Assembly: GCF_032116555.1 (NCBI RefSeq)
Contig: NZ_CP134949.1
Coordinates: 1,240,001 to 1,304,000 of the forward strand
Origin: Halorarum halobium
GTDB taxonomy: Archaea; Halobacteriota; Halobacteria; Halobacteriales; Haloferacaceae
Length of the DNA stretch: 64,000 nucleotides
Direction: 5' to 3'
Shown here: piece by piece, positions 30,093 through 39,596 of the stretch
Numbering within the stretch: position 1 is the stretch's first letter
How the letters are laid out: each line of letters opens with the position of its first letter
Made by a program: the position numbers and the translations under genes
Notes under the pieces: model-generated
Told to the model about the DNA's origin: nothing
What the model saw: only the letters and a program-made list of their open reading frames with translations
The model's database searches: none

Positions 30093-30563
30093 TCAGCGCC
30101 CGCGTTCCTCGTCCCCGAACTCGTCGCCGCCGCTCATCTCGATCGACTCGGGCGACTGGCCGGCCGCGTCGACGACCTCGTCGCCGACGAGGATGGGGCA
30201 CTCGAACCGCGTGGCGAGCGCGATGGCGTCGCTCGGGCGGGCGTCGAAGACGAACGACTCCGGCTCGCCGTCCTCGTAGCGTTCCGCGTCGACCTTGCCG
30301 TAGAACGTGCCGTCGGTGATGTCGTCGATGCGGACCGAGTCGACCGCGCCGCCGAACTCGGTGAGCATCTCCACGAGGAGGTCGTGGGTGAGCGGGCGGT
30401 CGAAGACGCCGCCGTCCATCGCCAGGCGGATCGACTGGGCCTGATCGCGCGTCACGAAGATCGGGAGCACTTCCCCGCGAACCCGTAACACGACCGCGGG
30501 AACCTCCTCGCCGTCGGGGCCGACGCCGACGCCGATGCCGGCGACCTCCGCCTCGTGGTCCAT
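30093..30563 (-). CDS. bifunctional nuclease family protein (DUF151)
   Basis: LPIFV...AQSI, RPLTHDLL, DARPSDAIALA. Confidence 0.9.
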   Translation of the reverse strand: MDHEAEVAGIGVGVGPDGEEVPAVVLRVRGEVLPIFVTRDQAQSIRLAMDGGVFDRPLTHDLLVEMLTEFGGAVDSVRIDDITDGTFYGKVDAERYEDGEPESFVFDARPSDAIALATRFECPILVGDEVVDAAGQSPESIEMSGGDEFGDEERGR

Positions 30564-30670
30564 GCGAGTACGTTCGGGCGGCGGGTAGGAATACCTACCG
30601 CGTGCTCCGTTGGGATCGTTCTCAAAAGGGGGCCGTGCCAGTCGTCCTCTGAAGTGATTTGACCGTCGCT

Positions 30671-30981
30671 TCGACCGCCTCGAAAGCCCCCGCGGTTATC
30701 GACTCGGTGCGGCCGCTGCGCTCCTCGCATCACTCGCTTCGCTCGTTCGCTGTGCTTCTCGTCCCTCGCACGAGCGGTCTCGCTACGCTCGACCGCCGCG
30801 CCACGTGGATTGCCCAACCGATGCGGTCGGCGCGTGCCGGCGGGCCTCCGTGCCCGCCGGGTGCGCGCGAGGGATGAGCGAGGAGCGCAGCGACGAGCGA
30901 ATCGGCTGGGGAGGCGTGTGGCTGTGCAGTGGCGGGGCGGGTGGGACTGAAAGGGGCCGCGGGGGCTTTCGAGGCAGTCGA
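30671..30981. mobile_element. non-coding MITE-like palindromic element with 25-bp terminal inverted repeats
   Basis: tcgaccgcctcgaaagcccccgcgg (30671-30695) is the reverse complement of ccgcgggggctttcgaggcagtcga (30957-30981) at 24 of 25 positions. Internal segments are shared with 36561-36810. No target-site duplication seen, so mobility is inferred. Confidence 0.6.
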
Positions 30982-31098
30982 TGCACCCACCGAACCAACG
31001 ACCGAGCCGAGACGGTCGAACCGACCGAAGAACCACCGGAATCACCCCGACGACCGACTCCGACACACGTAAACGGGGTCGGAGGGAAGACGCCGCCA

Positions 31099-32826
31099 AT
31101 GAACGAGGACACCGACGACGGCGTCCCCGCGCCGCCGGAGCCGTCCGGGTCGGCCGGCGAGGGGAGCGTCCGCGTCGTCGGCACCGCCCACGTCTCCGAG
31201 GAGTCGGTCACCGAGGTCGAGGAGACCATCGAGGCGGAGCGGCCCGACGTCGTCGCGGTCGAACTCGACGAGGGACGCTACCGTCAGATGAAGGGCGAGA
31301 CGCCCGACGACCTCGACCCGGGCGACCTGCTCCAGGGCAACACCGTCTTCCAGTTCCTCGCCTACTGGATGCTCTCGTACGTCCAGACGCGGATGGGCGA
31401 CCGGTTCGACGTCGAACCCGGCGCGGAGATGATGGCCGCCGTCGAGACCGCAGAGGAGTTCGGCCTCGGCGTCGCGCTGGTCGACCGCGACATCCAGACC
31501 ACCATCCAGCGGTTCTGGGCCCGGATGTCGGTCCTGGAGAAGGCCCGAATGGTCGGCGCACTGGCGTTCGGCGTCACCGACCCCAGGATCGCCGGCGTCG
31601 CCGTCGGGCTGGTCGTCGGCCTGCTGCTCGGTCCCGTCCTCGCGCTGTTCGGCGGGGCCGTCGGGCTCACCGACGCGCTGCTGGCGCAGGTGGCGACCGG
31701 CGCGTTCGCGGGCGTCGTTGTCGGCGTTCTGGCGAGCTATCTCGCGGCGGAACTCGGGCTGGACTCGACGACGGGCCTCTTCGGCAGCGTCGCCGCCGGC
31801 GCGGTCGGCGGCTCGGTCGTGTTCGTCACGGGCGCGGGCGCCGGTGCGGTCACCGGGCTGCTCTCGCCGTTCGTCGTCGGCGCGATCGGCAGCCTCGTCC
31901 TGGGCCTCGTCGTCGGAATCGGCGTCGGACTGCTCGCCGCGGCGACGATGAGCCTGACCGGCATCGGGCTGGCGAGCGAGGAGGAACTGGAGGAGATGGA
32001 GGGGTTCGACCCGGCCGAACTCACCGACACCGACGTGGTGAGCGCGATGATGGAGGAGTTCCGCCAGTTCTCCCCGGGCGGCGCGGAGGCGCTCATCGAC
32101 GAGCGCGACGCGTTCATCGCCCACCGGCTCGTCGGCCTCCGGGAGGCCGGCTTCTCGGTCGTCGCCGTCGTCGGCGCGGGCCACCGCGAGGGGATCGAAC
32201 GCTACCTCGCGGACCCGGCGACCATCCCCCCGATGGAGTCGATCACGGGGACGGCGAAATCCCGCGGCGTCCCCTGGGGGAAGGTCGTCGGCTACGGCGT
32301 CACCGTGGCGTTCCTCGCGTTCTTCCTCCTGCTGGCGATGGCGGGGGTCCGGAACGAACAGCTCCTCACGCTGTTTGCCGCGTGGTTCCTCATCAACGGC
32401 GTGTTCGCGGCCGGGCTGGCGAAGGCGGCCGGCGCGCGCTGGAGTTCCGCGGGCGTCGGCGGGCTGGTCGCCTGGATGACCTCCATCAACCCCGCGCTCG
32501 CGCCCGGCTGGTTCACCGGCTACATGGAACTGCGCCACCTGACCGTCAACGTCGCCGACATCGGCCGGCTGAACGAACTGCTCGCCGACGAAACGCGCCC
32601 CATCGGCGACGTCCTGCGCGACATGCTCGACGTGCCGCTGTTCAAGCTCATCGTCATCGTGGCGATGACGAACATCGGGAGCATCATCGCCACCGTGCTG
32701 TTCGGGCTGTACGTGCTCCCGCAGTTCTCCAGCAGCTTCGACGCCGGCGTCACACGGCTCATGCTGGAGGGGGCACGCGAGAGCGCCCGCATCGTCTGGA
32801 CGACGGTCCGGGGGGTGCTCGCGTGA
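31099..32826 (+). CDS. TraB/PrgY/GumN family membrane protein
   Basis: VVGTAHVS, VAVELD..R, PGAEM, LVDRDIQTT, LIDERD, AVVGAGH. C-terminal TM helices. Confidence 0.92.
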   Translation: MNEDTDDGVPAPPEPSGSAGEGSVRVVGTAHVSEESVTEVEETIEAERPDVVAVELDEGRYRQMKGETPDDLDPGDLLQGNTVFQFLAYWMLSYVQTRMGDRFDVEPGAEMMAAVETAEEFGLGVALVDRDIQTTIQRFWARMSVLEKARMVGALAFGVTDPRIAGVAVGLVVGLLLGPVLALFGGAVGLTDALLAQVATGAFAGVVVGVLASYLAAELGLDSTTGLFGSVAAGAVGGSVVFVTGAGAGAVTGLLSPFVVGAIGSLVLGLVVGIGVGLLAAATMSLTGIGLASEEELEEMEGFDPAELTDTDVVSAMMEEFRQFSPGGAEALIDERDAFIAHRLVGLREAGFSVVAVVGAGHREGIERYLADPATIPPMESITGTAKSRGVPWGKVVGYGVTVAFLAFFLLLAMAGVRNEQLLTLFAAWFLINGVFAAGLAKAAGARWSSAGVGGLVAWMTSINPALAPGWFTGYMELRHLTVNVADIGRLNELLADETRPIGDVLRDMLDVPLFKLIVIVAMTNIGSIIATVLFGLYVLPQFSSSFDAGVTRLMLEGARESARIVWTTVRGVLA

Positions 32827-33455
32827 ACGGGCTCTCGTTTTCCGCCCCGGAGCGCCGGGACCTGCTCGTCGCGTGGCTGGCGCTCGGACTCGCGTTCGCG
32901 CTCTTCTTCATCGGCGGCGGCCCGGCGGTCATCGCGGCGCTCTCCTCCGGGGGCCTCGGGGGGCTCGCCACGGCGTTCGTGATCAGCCTGCTCACGGCGG
33001 GCGTCGGCTTCCTGCTGCACGAACTCGCCCACAAGGTCGTCGCGGTACGATACGGCCAGCGGGCGGCGTTCCGAGCCGACTACGGCATGCTGTTTCTCGC
33101 CGTCGTCTCGGCGCTCGCGGGGTTCCTCTTTGCCGCGCCGGGCGCGGTCCACCACCAGGGACGGATCACGAAGCGCGAACACGGGCTCATCGCGCTCGCC
33201 GGGCCGGCCGTCAACGTGGTTCTCGGAACGCTGTTCCTCCCGATCCTGCTGCTCGCCCCCTCGGGGAGCGGACCGCTCGCGCTGATCGGCTCGTACGGCG
33301 TCGCGGTGAACTACCTGCTCGGCGCGTTCAACCTCATCCCCTTCGGCCCGCTCGACGGCGCGACCGTCCGCTCGTGGAGCACCCCGATCTGGTTCGTCAG
33401 CTTCCTCGTCTGTGCGGCGCTCGCGGTGTTCTTCGGGTTCGCCGCGCTGCCGTAG
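32823..33455 (+). CDS. M50 (site-2) intramembrane zinc metalloprotease
   Basis: HELAH, IALAGP, FNLIPFGPLDG. GTGA overlap with the previous gene. Confidence 0.9.
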   Translation: MNGLSFSAPERRDLLVAWLALGLAFALFFIGGGPAVIAALSSGGLGGLATAFVISLLTAGVGFLLHELAHKVVAVRYGQRAAFRADYGMLFLAVVSALAGFLFAAPGAVHHQGRITKREHGLIALAGPAVNVVLGTLFLPILLLAPSGSGPLALIGSYGVAVNYLLGAFNLIPFGPLDGATVRSWSTPIWFVSFLVCAALAVFFGFAALP

Positions 33456-33528
33456 GGGTGCGATGGCGGCCCGCCGCACGTTGCCACCATGGGCCAAACC
33501 TAACCAACTGGTTCCCGTAGAGGCCCCC

Positions 33529-34929
33529 ATGGAGAGCGTGAACCCGGCGACCGGCGAGACGGTCGGCAGCTACGAGGAACCGAGCGACGGGGAGGTCGAG
33601 GCGGCGCTCGAAACGGCGACCGAGACGTTCGAATCCTGGCGCGGGACCACCGTCCAGCACCGGGCCGACCTGCTGGTGGACGCGGGCGACCTGCTCCGCG
33701 AGCGCGTCGACGAGTACGCCGAACTGATGACCCGCGAGATGGGCAAACCCGTCTCACAGGCTCGGGCCGAGGTGCGAAAGTGCGCGACGCTGTGTGACTA
33801 CTACGCCGAGCGCGCGGACGAACAGCTCGCGGACGAGGTGATCGGTAGCGAGTCCGACGCCCACACGCTCGTCTCTTACGAACCGCTCGGGCCGGTGCTC
33901 GCGGTGATGCCCTGGAACTTCCCGTTCTGGCAGGTGTTCCGCTTTGCCGTGCCGAACCTCGCCGCCGGCAACGTCGGCCTCCTGAAACACGCCTCGAACG
34001 TCCCCGGCTGTGCGCGCGCCATCGAGGAAGTGTTCCACGACGCGGGGTTCCCCGAGGGGTCGTTTCGGACGCTGCTCGTCGGCTCCGGGGAGATCGACGC
34101 CATCCTCGAGGACGAGCGTGTCCGGGCGGCGACGCTCACCGGGAGCGTGGGCGCCGGCCGCGCCGTCGCCGAGAAGGCGGGCGCGGAACTGAAGAAGACG
34201 GTGCTCGAACTCGGCGGCAGCGACCCGTTCGTCGTCCTTGACGACGCCCCCATGGACCGCACGGTGGGGAGCGCCGTCTACGGTCGCTGTCAGAACAACG
34301 GCGAGTCCTGCATCGCCGCCAAGCGGTTCATCGTCGCCGACGAGGTGTACGACGAGTTCCTCGACCGGTTCGTCGCGGAGATGGCGGACCTGACGATCGG
34401 TGACCCGCTCGAGGAAGGCACCGACATCGGGCCGATGGCCCAGCAGGGACTCATGGAAGAACTGCACGAGCAGGTCGAGGCCACCGTGGCCGCCGGCGCG
34501 ACGGTCCACACCGGCGGCGAGCCGATGGACCGGGAGGGATCGTACTACCCGCCGACGGTGCTCTCGGACGTCCCCCCCGGCTCGCCCGCGGACACCGAGG
34601 AACTGTTCGGTCCGGTCGCCTCGGTCTGGCGGGTCGAGAGCGAGGCGGAGGCCGTCGAACTGGCGAACGACTCGCGGTTCGGCCTCGGCGCAAGCGTCTG
34701 GACCGACGACCCCGAACGGGGGGAACGGGTCGCCAGGCAGTTGGAGGCCGGCTGCTGTTTCGTCAACGAGATCGTGAAGTCCGACCCGCGGCTCCCGTTC
34801 GGCGGCGTGAAGGAGTCGGGGTACGGCCGCGAACTCTCCCGACACGGCATCCGGGAGTTCCTCAACCGGAAGACGGTCTGGGTCCAGCACGGGGACTCCT
34901 CGACCGGACTCGACTCCCTGTCGGAATGA
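33529..34929 (+). CDS. NAD(P)-dependent succinate-semialdehyde dehydrogenase (Sad/SsaD type)
   Basis: AVMPWNFPFWQVFRF, LKHASNVP, LELGGSDP, catalytic GESCIAAKR, EELFGP. Confidence 0.9.
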   Translation: MESVNPATGETVGSYEEPSDGEVEAALETATETFESWRGTTVQHRADLLVDAGDLLRERVDEYAELMTREMGKPVSQARAEVRKCATLCDYYAERADEQLADEVIGSESDAHTLVSYEPLGPVLAVMPWNFPFWQVFRFAVPNLAAGNVGLLKHASNVPGCARAIEEVFHDAGFPEGSFRTLLVGSGEIDAILEDERVRAATLTGSVGAGRAVAEKAGAELKKTVLELGGSDPFVVLDDAPMDRTVGSAVYGRCQNNGESCIAAKRFIVADEVYDEFLDRFVAEMADLTIGDPLEEGTDIGPMAQQGLMEELHEQVEATVAAGATVHTGGEPMDREGSYYPPTVLSDVPPGSPADTEELFGPVASVWRVESEAEAVELANDSRFGLGASVWTDDPERGERVARQLEAGCCFVNEIVKSDPRLPFGGVKESGYGRELSRHGIREFLNRKTVWVQHGDSSTGLDSLSE

Positions 34930-36518
34930 CGGTCGCGGACCTGGTCGTCGACTGTCTCGAGGCGGAGGGCGTCGAGTACGTGTTCGGGCTGCCGGGCGAG
35001 GAACTGGAGGACCTGCTGTTCGCGCTCGAGGACTCGTCGGTGACGTTCGTCCCGACGCGCCACGAGCAGGGCGCGGCGTTCATGGCGAACGTCCACGGGC
35101 GGCTGACCGGCGAGGCGGGCGTCTGTCTCGCCACGCTCGGCCCGGGCGCGACGAACCTCATCACCGGCGTCGCCGACGCGCAACTGGACAAGGCGCCACT
35201 GGTCGCCATCACCGGACAGGGCGGGCGCGAACGGCTCCACAAGGAGAGCCACCAGCGGCTCGACGTCGTCCACGCGTTCGAGCCGCTCGTGAAGTGGAAC
35301 GCACAGCTCTCGGACCCGGCCGCGACGACCGAGACGGTCCGCAAGGCGTTCAAGGTGGCCGAACACGAGAAGCCCGGCGCGACACACGTCGAGGTGCCCG
35401 AGGACGTCGCTGGCGAGGCGGTCGATGGCGAACCGCTGGCCGACCACGGCCCGGTCGCGCGACCGGCGCCCGACGACGAGGCACTCGCCTCGGCCGTCGA
35501 GACGCTCGAGGGAGCAGAGCGACCGCTCGTGCTGGCCGGGAACGGCGCGGTCCGGACGAACGCGGCCAGCGCGCTCCGCTCGTTCGTCGACGCGACTGGG
35601 ATGCCGGTCGTGGCGACGTACATGGGAAAGGGCGCCATCTCGGACCGCGACGAGCGCTCGCTGATGACGCTCGACTCCGGGCCGGAGTCGGCCGCGGGCG
35701 GCGCCGTCGAGCGGGCCGACTGCGTGCTCGCGATCGGCTACGACATCGCCGAGCACGACCCGTCGGGCTGGAACCCCGGCGGCGAGAAGACGGTCGTCCA
35801 CGTCGACGCCGAACCCGCCGAGGTGTACGCCGACTACACGCCCGAGGTGGAACTGCTCGCCGACCCGACTGCGGCGCTGGACCGGCTGGCCGACAGCATC
35901 GACAGCCAGTGGGACGCCTGGTGCGTCGACGCCCACGAGACGGTGTACGAGCACGCGACGCGGACGCCCGACCCCGGGGACACGGTGTCGGTGAGCAACA
36001 CGCTCCCGATCCTGCGGGAGGCGATGGCCGACAGCGACGTGCTCGTCTCGGACGTGGGCAGCCACAAGCTCGCCATCGCGCGCGAGTTCCCGACGTACGA
36101 ACCGGGCAGGTGCGTCATCTCGAACGGCCTCGCGAGCATGGGCATCGCGGTCCCTGGCGGCCTCGCCGCCGACCTCGCGCTGGAGGACGACGTGGTCGTG
36201 GCGACGGGCGACGGCGGGTTCCTGATGAACGCCGCGGAACTGGAGACGGCGACGCGGCTCGGCTGTTCGTTCACGGTCGTCGTCTACCGCGACGGCGAGT
36301 ACGGCGTCGTCGCCGAACACCAGGAGCAGCATCGCGGCGAGTCGGTCGGCGTCCGCTTCGACAACCCCGACCTCGTCGCGTTCGCGGAGAGTTTCGGCGT
36401 CGATGCGACCCGGGCGGAGTCGCTCGACGAGTTCGGCGACGCCGTCGACGCGACCGAGTCGGACGAGCTTTCCCTGATCGAGGTCGTCCTGTCGGACCCG
36501 CCGGACCGGCGGGCGTGA
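34926..36518 (+). CDS. ThDP-dependent enzyme of the acetolactate synthase family; candidate 2-oxoglutarate decarboxylase
   Basis: FGLPGEE, RHEQGAAFMA, LGPGATNL, HKESHQ, SNGLASMG, GDGGFLMN. ATGA overlap with SSADH. Confidence 0.85.
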   Translation: MTVADLVVDCLEAEGVEYVFGLPGEELEDLLFALEDSSVTFVPTRHEQGAAFMANVHGRLTGEAGVCLATLGPGATNLITGVADAQLDKAPLVAITGQGGRERLHKESHQRLDVVHAFEPLVKWNAQLSDPAATTETVRKAFKVAEHEKPGATHVEVPEDVAGEAVDGEPLADHGPVARPAPDDEALASAVETLEGAERPLVLAGNGAVRTNAASALRSFVDATGMPVVATYMGKGAISDRDERSLMTLDSGPESAAGGAVERADCVLAIGYDIAEHDPSGWNPGGEKTVVHVDAEPAEVYADYTPEVELLADPTAALDRLADSIDSQWDAWCVDAHETVYEHATRTPDPGDTVSVSNTLPILREAMADSDVLVSDVGSHKLAIAREFPTYEPGRCVISNGLASMGIAVPGGLAADLALEDDVVVATGDGGFLMNAAELETATRLGCSFTVVVYRDGEYGVVAEHQEQHRGESVGVRFDNPDLVAFAESFGVDATRAESLDEFGDAVDATESDELSLIEVVLSDPPDRRA

Positions 36519-36560
36519 CGGCGAGTCCCGGCGGGGCGACCAGACGCCGTGCGGACGGCG

Positions 36561-36810
36561 CGCGGCGGCCAAGCGAAGCGCGGCCGCTCGTGCGAGGGAC
36601 GAGAAGCGCAGCGAACGAGCGAAGCGAGTGAGTGAGCATCGCAGGAGGCTGGGGAGGGCGAGGTCCGGTGGCGGCGCGGGGTGGGACTGAAAGGGGCCGC
36701 GGCTGTCGGCGAACCCCGACCCCTCAAGCACCGCAGGAACGAGGCCGAAGGCCGAGTGACGAGGAGCGCAGCGTGGGTCGCGGGAGCCGACAGCCGCGGG
36801 GGCTTTCGAG
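36561..36810 (+). repeat. intergenic structured repeat, same family as 30671-30981 and 54539-54906
   Basis: 36561-36630 matches the reverse complement of 30731-30800. The GGGACTGAAAGGGG...GGGCTTTC module contains a perfect 14-bp stem (36697-36710/36786-36799). Confidence 0.85.
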
Positions 36811-36900
36811 ACAGGCTGAGCGACCGACGGAGAACACACATTCCGGTTCACAGCGTAGCGGGTCGGAGGGCTTTTGCCCCGCCGCACCGCCCCCGAGAGC

Positions 36901-37932
36901 ATGGGAGACGACGGCGGGAACGGAGACGCCGAGAACGCCGAGGAAACCGACACTGACGTCGAGGAACTCACCTACGCCGGCGCTGGCGTGGACATCGACG
37001 CCAGCGAGGCCGCGACCGCGGCGCTCGTCGGCGCGGCGAACGCCGGCGACGACACGGAAACCGAGAGCGACTACGCGGGCCTGCTCGACATCGGCGACCG
37101 CTACCTCGCGCTGGCGACCGACGGCGTCGGGACGAAGCTGCTCGTCGCGGAGGCGCTGGGCGACTACTCGACGGTCGGCATCGACTGCATCGCCATGAAC
37201 GCGAACGACCTCGTCGCCGCCGGCGTTCGCCCGGTCGCGTTCGTCGACTACCTCGCGGTCGACGACCCGGACGAGGCGTTCGCCGAGCAGGTCGGCGAGG
37301 GGCTCCGCGCCGGCGCCGAGGCGGCCGACCTCGCGCTGGTCGGCGGCGAGACGGCGGTGATGCCCGAGGTCGTGAAGGGGCTCGACCTGGCGGGCACCTG
37401 CGCGGGGCTCGCCCGGAAGGACGCCGTCTTCGCCGGCGAGGCGGAGGCGGGCGACGCGCTCGTCGGGTGGGAATCCTCGGGCATCCACTCGAACGGGCTG
37501 ACGCTGGCCCGCGAGGCGGTGACGCGGGAGGGCGACTACACCGACCCGTGTCCGTTCGAGGGCTACGACACCGTGGGCGCGGCGCTGCTCGAACCGACGC
37601 GGCTCTACATGGACCTGCTCGACCCGATGCGCGAGCACGGCGTCCGCGCTGCCGCGCACGTGACCGGCGGCGGGTGGACGAACCTCGACCGCCTCGGCAC
37701 GTTCCGCTACGAGATCGACGACCCGTGGCCGGTCCAGCCCGTGTTCGACCTCGTGCAGGAGCGGGGCAACGTGAGCGACGGGGAGATGCACCGGACGTTC
37801 AACATGGGGACCGGCTTCGTCGCGGCGCTGGACCCGGACGCCGCCGAGTCGCTTGCGGTCGCGACCGACGGTCGGGTGATCGGTCGCGTCGAGGAGGGCG
37901 ACGGCGTGTCGATTCGCGGCATGAAGCTGTAA
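36901..37932 (+). CDS. purM: phosphoribosylformylglycinamidine cyclo-ligase
   Basis: TYAGAGVDI, TDGVGTK, GGETAVMP, SSGIHSNG, HVTGGG, TFNMGTG. Confidence 0.97.
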   Translation: MGDDGGNGDAENAEETDTDVEELTYAGAGVDIDASEAATAALVGAANAGDDTETESDYAGLLDIGDRYLALATDGVGTKLLVAEALGDYSTVGIDCIAMNANDLVAAGVRPVAFVDYLAVDDPDEAFAEQVGEGLRAGAEAADLALVGGETAVMPEVVKGLDLAGTCAGLARKDAVFAGEAEAGDALVGWESSGIHSNGLTLAREAVTREGDYTDPCPFEGYDTVGAALLEPTRLYMDLLDPMREHGVRAAAHVTGGGWTNLDRLGTFRYEIDDPWPVQPVFDLVQERGNVSDGEMHRTFNMGTGFVAALDPDAAESLAVATDGRVIGRVEEGDGVSIRGMKL

Positions 37933-37964
37933 GCGGTCTGTCCCGTGAGGAGACTGTCCGCGAG

Positions 37965-38978
37965 TCAGGGCGTCACGACGAGCTTGCCGACCGCCTCGCG
38001 GTCTTCCATCGCCGCGAAGGCCGCACCCGTCTCCTCGAGCGGGAACGTCTCGTCCACGACCGGCGAGAGGTCGCCCCCGGCGACGAGTTCGACGAGCCGC
38101 CGCAGGTCGTGCTGGGTCCCCATCGTGCTCCCGACGATCCGCTTGTGTCGGAGGAACAGGTCGGCCACCCTGACCGTCGACGTGCCGCCGGCCGTTCGGC
38201 CACAGACGGCCATGGTGCCGCCGCGGCGGAGGACGGCCTGGCCGAGTCCGGTGAACTCGCCGCCGAGGTGGTTGATGACGGCGTCGACCTTCCCGTCCGC
38301 CTCGACGCGTTCGCGGATCTCGCCCGCGTCGACCGATCGGATCCCGCGGTCGAGCCCCAGGTCGCGCACCCGGTCGAGCTTCGCCGCGGACGAGGACGTG
38401 CCGACGCTGCGCGCCCCGAGGACGTCACAGAGCTGGACGGCGGCCAGTCCGACGCCCCCGGTCGCGCCGGGGACGAACACGCGGTCGCCCGGGCCGACGT
38501 CGGCCCGCCGGAGCATCCGGAACGCGGTCACGTACGCCGTCGGCAACGCGGCCGCGGTCGCCGCCGCCACGCCGTCGGGGAGGGGGAGCAGCCGGTCGGC
38601 GCGGACGAGCGCGGACTCCGCGAGCCCGCCGTGGTACAGCGAGAACTCCCGACACTGGCTCTCGGGGCCTTCCCGGCAGTGCCGGCAGGTGCCACAGGTC
38701 TGGTTCGGACAGAGGACGACCCTCTCCCCGGGGGAGACGGTCGAGACGTCGTCGCCGACGTCCCGGACGACTCCCGCGACGTCGAGGCCGCTGACGAACG
38801 GCAGGTCGGCGGCATCGACCATCGCGGAGTCGCCCTGGAGGATCCAGAGGTCGTGGCGGTTGATCGAGCAGGCTTCCACGTCGACGATCGCCTCGCCGGT
38901 GCCGGGCTCGGGCGTCTCTCGGTCGATCAGGGTCACGCCGTCGGGACCGATCAGGTCCGTGAACGCTGCGGCTCGCAT
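37965..38978 (-). CDS. zinc-binding MDR-family oxidoreductase
   Basis: Structural zinc motif CGTCRHC...C, GATGGVG, GKLVV. The GHE motif is replaced by GLD (quinone-reductase-like). Confidence 0.88.
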   Translation of the reverse strand: MRAAAFTDLIGPDGVTLIDRETPEPGTGEAIVDVEACSINRHDLWILQGDSAMVDAADLPFVSGLDVAGVVRDVGDDVSTVSPGERVVLCPNQTCGTCRHCREGPESQCREFSLYHGGLAESALVRADRLLPLPDGVAAATAAALPTAYVTAFRMLRRADVGPGDRVFVPGATGGVGLAAVQLCDVLGARSVGTSSSAAKLDRVRDLGLDRGIRSVDAGEIRERVEADGKVDAVINHLGGEFTGLGQAVLRRGGTMAVCGRTAGGTSTVRVADLFLRHKRIVGSTMGTQHDLRRLVELVAGGDLSPVVDETFPLEETGAAFAAMEDREAVGKLVVTP

Positions 38979-39056
38979 CGGTCGGTAGACGGAGGGGGAT
39001 CGGAAGTCAGTGTCGCCGGTTCGGGCCGACCGGTCGCGCGGTCGGGATCGCCAACC

Positions 39057-39596
39057 CTACGAGAGCTGTGCTGCCAGGTCAGCCTCGGTGATGATCCCCA
39101 CGGCCTCGCCGCCGTCGGTCACCATCACGGCCTTGTAGTGGTCGAGCAGGTTCCTGATCTCGTCGACCGTCGCGTCGGTGCCGACCGTCGGGAACGACTC
39201 CGACATCACCTCGCCGACCGGCAGGTCGCCGGCGTCCTCGCCGGCGTGGATGACGTCCGACTGCGAGATGGAGCCGACCGGGATGCCGGCCTGGAGCACC
39301 GGGAGCTGTGAGTACGCCTCGGCGTCCATCTCCTCGACCGCCTCGCGGACGCTGTCGTCGGGCGCGACGCTGATGATCTCCTCGTGCATCAGATCCCGCG
39401 CACGGACCACGTCGCCCTCGACCTCGTCGAGCGCCTCGACGATGCCCCGCAGCGTCGAGAGTCGCGGGTCGACGTCGCCGCCCTCGATCCGGGCGATGAG
39501 GGGCTGGGAGACGCCGGCGCGCTCGGCCAGCGCCGACTGAGTCAAGTCGAGGGCCGTGCGCCGTTCGCGCAGGTCCTGTGGCGTCGGGAGTTCCAT
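39057..39596 (-). CDS. HTH (Xre) plus CBS-pair transcriptional regulator
   Basis: LTQSALAERAGVSQPLIARIEGG.VDPRLSTL followed by two CBS motifs. Minus-strand TTTTAA at 39620-39625. Confidence 0.92.
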   Translation of the reverse strand: MELPTPQDLRERRTALDLTQSALAERAGVSQPLIARIEGGDVDPRLSTLRGIVEALDEVEGDVVRARDLMHEEIISVAPDDSVREAVEEMDAEAYSQLPVLQAGIPVGSISQSDVIHAGEDAGDLPVGEVMSESFPTVGTDATVDEIRNLLDHYKAVMVTDGGEAVGIITEADLAAQLS

